Shown piece after piece: positions 25,662-32,452 of a stretch of 32,452 nt of DNA. Position 1 is the stretch's first letter, and each line of letters starts with the position of its first letter. The DNA lies in the NCBI GenBank assembly GCA_025774865.1, contig JALGZO010000673.1, forward strand, positions 1 to 32,452, read 5' to 3'. Origin of the DNA: a bacterium. Lineage in GTDB: Bacteria > ARS69. Both the position numbers and the translations under genes were made by a program. The notes below the pieces were generated by a model. It saw nothing but the letters and a program-made list of their open reading frames with translations. It was not told the DNA's origin and made no database searches.

Positions 25662-26873
25662 CTACCCGCGCGCCACGACGACCGCCGTGGCGTCATCGGG
25701 GTTCGGCCGCCCGCCCGCGTGCCGCTCCGCGTCGTCGAACAGATCCCGGAGAATCTCGGGCCCCGTCCGGTCGAGGTCGCGCCGGACCGATCGCTCCACG
25801 CCCTCCTCACCGAAGAAGCCGCCGGACGGATCGAGCCGCTCCAGCAGGCCGTCCGTCACCGCGACGAAGACCTCGCCCGGGTGCAGCCGCGCCCAGCCGC
25901 TCCGGAAAACGGCCTCCGGCACGGGCCCGAGGATCGTCCCCCCGAGCTCCAGTCGCCGGGCGGGTCCCGCCCCGATGATGAGAGCGGGCGGGTGTCCCGC
26001 GTTCACGTAGGTGATCGTTCCGTCCGAGTCCAGCTCACCCGCGAACAGCGAGACGAACCGGCTGGACAGACGGCTTCGCGCGATCACGCGATTGAGCCGC
26101 GAGACCACGTGCGAGAGCTTGAGGCCGCCATCGCACCCCATCCGGAATCCGGTCACCACGTCACGCGCGAGCAGCGCCGCGCTCAGCCCGTGGCCGCTCG
26201 CGTCCCCCACGGTGACAGCGAGGGTATCCGCGTCTCCCGAAAAGAAGTCGTAGAGATCTCCGCCGACCGCCTCGGCCGGGACCGAGCGCGCAGCGAGGGT
26301 GAAGCCCCGAAACTCCGGTAACGGCTCGGGGAGGAGGCTCCGCTGGATCTCTGCGGCCTGCTCGATGTCCGATTTGAGATCGCGCAGGCGCGTGCGGAGG
26401 TTGATCGCGTTCCGTAGCGTATTGAGCGTGAAGTCGAGGTTGTCCCGCTCCCACCCGGAGCGCAGTCCGAACGCCACGATCCGGCGTGGCTCCCCGCGAA
26501 GCAGCAGCGCCGCGGACTCCCGCCCGCAGCCGATCCGCTCTTCGAGCTCGCGCTGAATGCCTTCGGCCGATTCCTCGAAGATGTAGACGCCGTGCTCCAG
26601 GACGCGCTGGATGGGCGGATACTCCTGCGGGACGAGGAGCTCCTCGTCGCCTGCGGTCGAGGTGCCCGCTGCGAGGAGGAACCCGTCCATGTCCTCTTCG
26701 TAGAGGCGCCAGCTCTCCAGGAAGAGCGTGGAGCCGAAACGCTCCACGATCTGCCGGGCCACCTCGGCGAATCCCTCCGTGGTGCCGGCCGCCGGCGCCT
26801 CGTGGAGGAGCTGCTCCAGATCGCGATAGAACTGCTTCGGCTGGAAATCCTGCACATAGCCGGTATCCGGCAT
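25662..26873 (-). CDS. PP2C/SpoIIE (RsbU-like) Ser/Thr phosphatase with N-terminal GAF-like sensory region
   Basis: A.EIQ.SLLP, VGGDLYD, GDASGHG..AAL, NAGHPP, TDGL.E and DDAT motifs. Confidence 0.92.
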   Translation of the reverse strand: MPDTGYVQDFQPKQFYRDLEQLLHEAPAAGTTEGFAEVARQIVERFGSTLFLESWRLYEEDMDGFLLAAGTSTAGDEELLVPQEYPPIQRVLEHGVYIFEESAEGIQRELEERIGCGRESAALLLRGEPRRIVAFGLRSGWERDNLDFTLNTLRNAINLRTRLRDLKSDIEQAAEIQRSLLPEPLPEFRGFTLAARSVPAEAVGGDLYDFFSGDADTLAVTVGDASGHGLSAALLARDVVTGFRMGCDGGLKLSHVVSRLNRVIARSRLSSRFVSLFAGELDSDGTITYVNAGHPPALIIGAGPARRLELGGTILGPVPEAVFRSGWARLHPGEVFVAVTDGLLERLDPSGGFFGEEGVERSVRRDLDRTGPEILRDLFDDAERHAGGRPNPDDATAVVVARG

Positions 26874-27035
26874 CGGCTCCTCCGGTGGAAGGGGATCGAG
26901 CCTCCAGGATGTCGCGATCGGTTGAAGTCGACCAGGGGCCGCCGGTGAAGATTCGCGGTGGCCGGCGGCTGAACCTGGGCGGACGAAGAAAAGCGTTCAG
27001 AGATGACCGAGATCATGCCCGATTTCATGACCCGA

Positions 27036-27055
27036 TATACTTTTAACCTGGTCAA
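27036..27055 (+). promoter_or_regulatory. Candidate -10 (TATACT) and adjacent imperfect palindrome TTAACC-T-GGTCAA, candidate MarR operator
   Basis: AT-rich patch between the divergent PP2C and marR genes; TATACT at 27036-27041 and palindrome at 27043-27055. Confidence 0.5.
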
Positions 27056-27135
27056 GGAGTGGCCCCCACCGGCGCTCCCTGACCCCGGGGCAAGCGCTCG
27101 CGGCGGACTCCGGGGATTGGTGGGACCACCAGGAG

Positions 27136-27807
27136 ATGACGACCATGGGAAGAGGGCCCACGGTCGAAGCGATCCGTGACTTCCTGGGAAGTGGACACAT
27201 CTTCACGTCGGCCGTCGACGAGCTGATGCGGGAGCAGTTGCGGGCCGTCTCAGACGCCTCGGTCACGGTGGCCCAGCTGAGGTTGCTCCTCTTCGTCTCC
27301 CGCACCCACTCGCAGACGCTCCACGCGGTCGCCCGCTTCCTGGGAGTGAGTGACGCCGCCGCGAGCAAAGGCGTGGACCGCCTCGTGCGCTGCAACCTAT
27401 TGCGCCGAGTCGAGGCGCCCCTCGACCGCCGGGCGATCCACCTTTCTCTGACGGAGGGTGGTCGACGCCTGATGAAGCGCTTCCGCGCGGCCAGGAATCG
27501 CGCGCTGACGACCCTGTTCCGAGAGTACTCCGACGGCGACCTGCGTCGAATCTCGGATCAGCTGGACCATCTATCCGCGACGATCATCGTCCGCGAGGAA
27601 GATCGAGAGACCATCTGCTCTCGCTGCGGAATCTATTTCCGAAGCAGGTGCCTGCTGCGGGAGAGGGAGAACCGGACTTGCGCGTTCCACCTCTCTCGTC
27701 GCGACAGCCACGAGCCCATCGTTCTCGCCCCTGATGTCGTGTCGAACGATGCGGCCTTCGGCTCGAGGAAGGAAGCCGACCACGATGAAACCCACGATCA
27801 GAACTGA
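27136..27807 (+). CDS. MarR family regulator with Cys-rich C-terminal extension
   Basis: T.AQLRLL...VARFLGVS.AAASK.VDRLV...L.R......DRR...L.LT..G winged helix; tail CxxC-x7-C-x9-C; AGGAG RBS. Confidence 0.88.
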   Translation: MTTMGRGPTVEAIRDFLGSGHIFTSAVDELMREQLRAVSDASVTVAQLRLLLFVSRTHSQTLHAVARFLGVSDAAASKGVDRLVRCNLLRRVEAPLDRRAIHLSLTEGGRRLMKRFRAARNRALTTLFREYSDGDLRRISDQLDHLSATIIVREEDRETICSRCGIYFRSRCLLRERENRTCAFHLSRRDSHEPIVLAPDVVSNDAAFGSRKEADHDETHDQN

Positions 27808-28366
27808 GGCCGACCGGGACCCCGGGTTCACGAGCTGGATCGGGAGCCTCCCCGCCGCGACCGGGGTCGCCCAGTGCATTCACTGCGGGCTGTGCGCCGG
27901 CAGTTGTCCCCTCGCGACTTACATGGACAGGAGCCCCCGCCAGCTCCTTTACCTCGCGAGAGAGGGCTTCAAGGAAGACGTCCTGAAGAGCTTCACCATC
28001 TGGCTGTGCACCAGTTGCTACACGTGCACGGTGAGGTGCCCCCGGGGAATCAAGGTGACGGAGCTCATGTACGCGCTGAAGCGAAAGGCCATCGAGGAAG
28101 GGCTCTACCCGAAGCGGTTCGCCATCCCGATCCTGGCGCGAGAGTTCCGCAAGATGATCCTCGCTCGGGGTCGCGTCACCGAATCCCGTCTCGTCCTGAA
28201 GCTCATCTTGAGGACGAACGTGATGAGACTCCCGCGCATGTTCCGCATGGGGCGGGATCTCCTGAGAGCGGGGCGCTTCAGCCTGGGGGGCGAGTCGATC
28301 AAGGGGCGTGAGCAGCTCGTGAAGATCCTCGACGCGGTCGAGCAGGAGAAGGAGATGGCGGCATGA
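27785..28366 (+). CDS. hdrC: Heterodisulfide reductase subunit C
   Basis: CIHCGLCAGSCP and IWLCTSCYTCTVRCP motifs. ATG 27785 with AAGGAAG upstream. Precedes hdrB. Confidence 0.92.
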   Translation: MKPTIRTEADRDPGFTSWIGSLPAATGVAQCIHCGLCAGSCPLATYMDRSPRQLLYLAREGFKEDVLKSFTIWLCTSCYTCTVRCPRGIKVTELMYALKRKAIEEGLYPKRFAIPILAREFRKMILARGRVTESRLVLKLILRTNVMRLPRMFRMGRDLLRAGRFSLGGESIKGREQLVKILDAVEQEKEMAA

Positions 28367-29241
28367 ATCGGTATCTCTATTACCCCGGCTGCTCCGTCAA
28401 GGGCACCGCGAAACCGTACGAGGAATCGCTTCTTGCGGTATTCGAGGCTCTGGACGTCCGGCTGGACGAGCTCGACGACTGGAACTGCTGCGGCGCCACG
28501 GCCTACATGTCCATCGACGAAACCCAGGCGGTGGCCCTGGCGGGAAGGAACCTCGCGCTGGCCGAGCAGGACGGTCTGGACCTCGTCACCCCCTGCAGCG
28601 CCTGCTACCTGGTTCTCCTGAAGACTCGGAACCAGCTCCAGGACGACCCCGAGCTTCGCACGCGCGTGACGGGCGCGATGCAGAGGGCCGGCCTCGGGTA
28701 CGAAGGTACCGCCCGGGTCAGACATCCCATCGACGTCCTCGTGAACGACATCGGACTGGACGCGATCTCCGCGCGCGTGACCGCGCCGCTCGAGGGTGTG
28801 AGGGTCGCGCCCTACTACGGATGTCAGATCGTTCGCCCCTACGCGCTCTTCGATTCGCAGGAAGATCCGCAGACGATGGACAGGATTCTGGAGGCCGCGG
28901 GGACCACGGTCGTTAACTACCGGTTCAAGACCCGTTGCTGCGGGGGGAGCCAGACGGGGACGCTGCCGGATATCGGCCTGCATCTCGTCTATGGTCTTCT
29001 CAAGGAAGCACTGAACCAGTCCGCCGACATGATCGCCACGGTCTGCCCCCTCTGCCAGTTCAACCTCGAGGTGCACCAGAAAGAGATTCAGCGTCTCTAC
29101 GGAATCGAGCCGTTGCCGGTCGTCTACTTCACCCAGCTCCTGGGACTGGCCCTGGGCGTACCGACACGAAAGCTGGGGCTGCACCGCTGCATCGTCCCGG
29201 CCGAGCCCGTGTTGATGAGGAGGGTCGCACATGTCGGCTGA
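28363..29241 (+). CDS. hdrB: Heterodisulfide reductase subunit B (CCG domains)
   Basis: YYPGCS, WNCCGA, PCSACY, YYGC...RP, CCGG and CPLCQFNL motifs. Confidence 0.95.
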   Translation: MNRYLYYPGCSVKGTAKPYEESLLAVFEALDVRLDELDDWNCCGATAYMSIDETQAVALAGRNLALAEQDGLDLVTPCSACYLVLLKTRNQLQDDPELRTRVTGAMQRAGLGYEGTARVRHPIDVLVNDIGLDAISARVTAPLEGVRVAPYYGCQIVRPYALFDSQEDPQTMDRILEAAGTTVVNYRFKTRCCGGSQTGTLPDIGLHLVYGLLKEALNQSADMIATVCPLCQFNLEVHQKEIQRLYGIEPLPVVYFTQLLGLALGVPTRKLGLHRCIVPAEPVLMRRVAHVG

Positions 29242-31243
29242 CCATGGAAACGGCGACCGGGCACTCGACCAGGGTCCTCCCAAGATCGGCGTCTACGTCT
29301 GCCATTGCGGCACCAATATCGCCGGCGTCGTCGACGTAGAGCGGGTGGCGAAGTACGCGGCCACCCTTCCGGGCGTCGCGCTGTCCCGGGACTACAAGTA
29401 CATGTGCTCCGATCCGGGGCAGGAGCTCATCAAGCAGGACATCGAGGAACACGCACTCAACCGCATCGTGGTCGCCTCGTGCTCGCCCTGCCTGCACGAA
29501 AAGACGTTCCGCAACGCCACGAGCGAAGGCGGTCTGAACCCCTTCTTCTTCCAGATGGTCAACATCCGGGAGCACGACAGCTGGGTTCACTCGGATCGCG
29601 AGGAAGCCACGGCCAAGGCGGAGGATCTGGTGCGCGCCGCCGTCGCGCGGGTCGCGCGTCACAAACCGCTCGAGCGGCGTCGCGTTCCCGTCAATCCCAA
29701 TGCGCTCGTCGTGGGAGGAGGCATCGCCGGGATTCAGGCGGCGCTCACGCTCGCCAACGCCGGGAAGCACGTTTACCTGGTGGAGAGAGAGCCGAGCATC
29801 GGCGGACACATGGCGAAGTTCGACAAGACCTTCCCCACTCTCGACTGCGCCGCCTGCATTCTCACCCCCAAAATGACCGAGGTGAAATCGCACCCGAACA
29901 TCACGCTCTGGACCTACTCGGAAGTCACCACGGTCGAGGGTTACGTGGGCAACTACCACGTCACGGTGAAGAGGAAGCCCCGCTACGTCATCGAGGACCT
30001 CTGCGTGGGTTGCGCGGAATGCGTGGAGGCCTGCATCTACAAGAAGGGCAAGTACTCGGACGATTTCAACCTGGGTCTGAGCAAGCGCAAGCCGATCTAC
30101 CTCCCCTTTCCGCAGGCCGTGCCGCCGGTTGTCGTCATCGATCGAGGAGCGTGCGTCGAGTTCAAGACCGGCAAATGCGCGAAGACCTGCGTGGAGGTCT
30201 GCGGGGAACGCGAAGCGATCGACTTCGAACAAGTCGAGAGTGTGGAGACCGTCGACGTCGGGGCGATCATCCTGGCCACGGGATTCAAGACTTTCAACCC
30301 GCGGCGTACGCCGCACTACGGCTACGGAGTGTACCCGAACGTCTACACATCGCTCGAGGTCGAGCGTCTCGTCAACTCCTCCGGCCCGACGAATGGCGAG
30401 GTCCTCATGCGCGACGGTAGCAAGCCCGAGTCGATCGGGATCATCCATTGCGTGGGGAGCCGGAACGCCAACACCAACGCGTATTGCTCCCGAGTGTGCT
30501 GCATGTACTCCCTGAAGCTCGCCCATCTCCTCCACGAGAAGACGGATGCGGAGATCTACGAGTTCTACATCGACATGCGCACCCCGGGGAAAGGGTTCGA
30601 AGAGTTCTACAACCGCGTGGCCGAGGAAGGAGTCCACCTCATCCGGGGCAAGGTGGCGAGCGTGTCTCCCACCGAGGACGGCGACGAGAAGGTGGCCCTG
30701 CACGTCGAGGACACGCTGGCCGGCATGGTGCGGAAGATTCCCGTCGACATGGTCGTTCTCGCGGTGGGGCTCGAGGCGCAGGAGGACGCGGAGGAAGTCC
30801 GGCGGCGGTTCAACATCACTTGTTCCAGCGAGGGCTTCTTCCTGGAGCGACATCCGAAGCTGGCCCCCGTGAGCACGTTCACCGACGGCGTTTTCGTCGC
30901 CGGTTGTTGCCAAAGCCCGAAGGACATCCCGGACACCGTGGCCCAGGCGGGCGCCGCCGCGGCGGAAACGCTCGCGCTGATCGACGCGGGTCACGTGGAG
31001 CTCGAGCCGAACACGGCCTTCGTGACAGAGGAGGAGTGCTCCGGCTGCAAGACCTGCGTCGCACTCTGCCCCTACTCGGCGATCTCCTTCGACGAGGAGA
31101 AAAAGGTGGCCGAGATCAACGAGGTGCTCTGCAAGGGCTGCGGGGTCTGTGTCGCCGCGTGTCCGTCCGCGTCCATTACGCAGAACCTCTTCGAAGACGA
31201 AGAGATCTTCGAGGAAATCGAGGGGGTGCTCAGTCATGCGTGA
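29231..31243 (+). CDS. hdrA: Heterodisulfide reductase subunit A (electron-bifurcating FAD/Fe-S)
   Basis: VYVCHCG.NI, MCS.PGQ, SCSP..HE.TF, NIRE, GGGIAG, DKTFPTLDC..C, HCVGSR...YCSRVCCMY, GCCQSPKDI and two C-terminal ferredoxin motifs. Confidence 0.96.
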   Translation: MSADHGNGDRALDQGPPKIGVYVCHCGTNIAGVVDVERVAKYAATLPGVALSRDYKYMCSDPGQELIKQDIEEHALNRIVVASCSPCLHEKTFRNATSEGGLNPFFFQMVNIREHDSWVHSDREEATAKAEDLVRAAVARVARHKPLERRRVPVNPNALVVGGGIAGIQAALTLANAGKHVYLVEREPSIGGHMAKFDKTFPTLDCAACILTPKMTEVKSHPNITLWTYSEVTTVEGYVGNYHVTVKRKPRYVIEDLCVGCAECVEACIYKKGKYSDDFNLGLSKRKPIYLPFPQAVPPVVVIDRGACVEFKTGKCAKTCVEVCGEREAIDFEQVESVETVDVGAIILATGFKTFNPRRTPHYGYGVYPNVYTSLEVERLVNSSGPTNGEVLMRDGSKPESIGIIHCVGSRNANTNAYCSRVCCMYSLKLAHLLHEKTDAEIYEFYIDMRTPGKGFEEFYNRVAEEGVHLIRGKVASVSPTEDGDEKVALHVEDTLAGMVRKIPVDMVVLAVGLEAQEDAEEVRRRFNITCSSEGFFLERHPKLAPVSTFTDGVFVAGCCQSPKDIPDTVAQAGAAAAETLALIDAGHVELEPNTAFVTEEECSGCKTCVALCPYSAISFDEEKKVAEINEVLCKGCGVCVAACPSASITQNLFEDEEIFEEIEGVLSHA

Positions 31244-31718
31244 GGCGACCCAGAAGCCCGGCGTGTCAAAGCCGGACGCTCACGAGCCGAAGATCATCTG
31301 CTTCTTCTGCAACTGGTGCACCTACCTGGCGGCGGATCTCGCGGGCACGTCCCGCATGAAGTATCCGGCCAACGTGCGCGTGATCCGGCTCATGTGCTCC
31401 GGGCGATTGGACCCGCAATTCGTTCTCGACGCGTTCGCGAAGGGAGCCGACGGCGTGCTCGTCGGCGGGTGCCACCCGGGCGACTGCCATTATCAAGAAG
31501 GCAACTACAAGGCTCTGAGACGTTGCCGTTTTCTGCGGCCGCTCCTCGAAGGCATGGGGATCGACCGGGAACGGTTTCGCCTCGAATGGATCTCGGCGTC
31601 CGAAGCCGACAAGCTCCGGGCCGTGGTCGACGAAATGGTCGAGGATTTGCGGGCCTTGGGGGCGCTGAGAATGAGCGTACCGGAAGAGGTCTTCGCCGAG
31701 GAGGCGAGCGTGTCATGA
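31236..31718 (+). CDS. mvhD: Methyl-viologen-reducing hydrogenase delta subunit (2Fe-2S)
   Basis: FCNWCTY.AADLAG, MCSGR.DP, GADGV...GCHPGDCHY..GN and WISASE motifs. Confidence 0.95.
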   Translation: MREATQKPGVSKPDAHEPKIICFFCNWCTYLAADLAGTSRMKYPANVRVIRLMCSGRLDPQFVLDAFAKGADGVLVGGCHPGDCHYQEGNYKALRRCRFLRPLLEGMGIDRERFRLEWISASEADKLRAVVDEMVEDLRALGALRMSVPEEVFAEEASVS

Positions 31719-32452
31719 GTGAGGCAAAGCCGAAGGTCGGTTTCTACTGGTGCGCGAGCTGCGGTGGCTGTGAGGAAGCGGTCGTGGATCTCGCGGAGAA
31801 GATCCTGGACGTCGTCGAGGCGGTCGACATCGTCTTCTGGCCCGTCGCCCTGGACTTCAAGAGGAAGGACGTAGAGGCCATGGAGGACGGCGCCATCCTC
31901 GCGACGTTCGTCAACGGCGCCGTTCGCACGACCGAGCAGAAGGAGATGGCGCAGCTCCTGAGGCGGAAATCGCAGCTCCTGATCGCGTTCGGCGCCTGCT
32001 CCCACTTGGGAGGCATTCCGGGGCTGGCGAACCTCTGGGACCGCCGGAGCGTGTTCCAAACCGTGTACCGGGACTCCCCCAGCACGGTCAATCCCGAGGG
32101 CGTCTTTCCGAAGACGCGATTCGCCGACAACGGCCGCGAAGTCACTCTTCCCGGGTTCTACGACACGGTGAGAACTCTGGATCAAGTCGTGGACGTCGAC
32201 TACTACGTGCCCGGTTGCGCTCCGACTCCGAAGATCATCCTGCAGGCGCTCGAGGCGCTGCTGAGCGGAGAGCTGCCGCCCAAGAGGACCGTGCTCGCCC
32301 CCGACCACGCTCTCTGTCTCGAGTGCCCACGCAAGGACTCGCGTCCGAGCGACCTGGCGATCACGGAGTTCAAGCGACCGCACGAAGTGCTCATCGACGA
32401 GGATACGTGCCTGCTGGCGCAAAGCGTGCCATGCATGGGGCCGGCCACCCGC
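31715..32452 (+). CDS. mvhG: F420-non-reducing [NiFe]-hydrogenase small subunit, partial (runs off the window; absent from the ORF track)
   Basis: Manual translation from ATG 31715: MSEAKPKVGFYWCASCGGCEEA...NGAVRT...AFGACSHLGGIPGLAN...DYYVPGCAP...CLECPR...CLLAQ..PCMGPATR. ATG overlaps the mvhD stop. Confidence 0.92.
   Translation, partial: MSEAKPKVGFYWCASCGGCEEAVVDLAEKILDVVEAVDIVFWPVALDFKRKDVEAMEDGAILATFVNGAVRTTEQKEMAQLLRRKSQLLIAFGACSHLGGIPGLANLWDRRSVFQTVYRDSPSTVNPEGVFPKTRFADNGREVTLPGFYDTVRTLDQVVDVDYYVPGCAPTPKIILQALEALLSGELPPKRTVLAPDHALCLECPRKDSRPSDLAITEFKRPHEVLIDEDTCLLAQSVPCMGPATR

Noticed and set aside
29129-31237. 702-aa minus-strand ORF opposite hdrA, and 31505..32422 opposite mvhG
   Set aside because: Antisense shadows; the + strand frames carry unmistakable HdrA and MvhG motifs.
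1-32452. tRNA, rRNA, IS/transposase, integrase or prophage genes
   Set aside because: All long segments are accounted for by metabolic CDSs. Intergenic gaps are short and show no such structures by eye; tRNAscan or Infernal would be needed to exclude small RNAs.

Overview
A GC-rich, gene-dense bacterial window made almost entirely of anaerobic energy-conservation and sulfur-redox genes. From left to right: (1) a minus-strand operon of about 11 kb, rnfC-D-G-E-A-B(fused to a GltD/NfnB-like flavoprotein)-rseC, running on into a 16-heme cytochrome c, a HybA/HmcB-like ferredoxin and an NrfD/HybB/HmcC-like membrane protein fused to a 5-heme cytochrome c3 domain; (2) divergent iorAB (indolepyruvate:ferredoxin oxidoreductase); (3) a secreted protein with a FlgD-Ig/T9SS-type C-terminal domain; (4) a trypsin-like (NAL1-type) serine protease with a histone-H1-like tail, preceded by a small stand-alone copy of its N-terminal domain; (5) a glutamine synthetase-family gene and divergent fabH; (6) an ArsR-led psrABC-yeeE-yeeE::rhodanese-osmC polysulfide/thiosulfate operon; (7) a PP2C/SpoIIE phosphatase; (8) a Cys-tailed MarR regulator heading hdrCBA-mvhD-mvhG, cut by the window end. 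I saw no RNA genes, CRISPR arrays or mobile elements. The most notable system is the apparently rewired Rnf complex. RnfC and RnfD lack their canonical flavin/NADH motifs, RnfB carries an NAD(P)H module, and the operon includes a 21-heme extracytoplasmic, quinone-interacting module. All calls come from motif reading only; no database searches were run.
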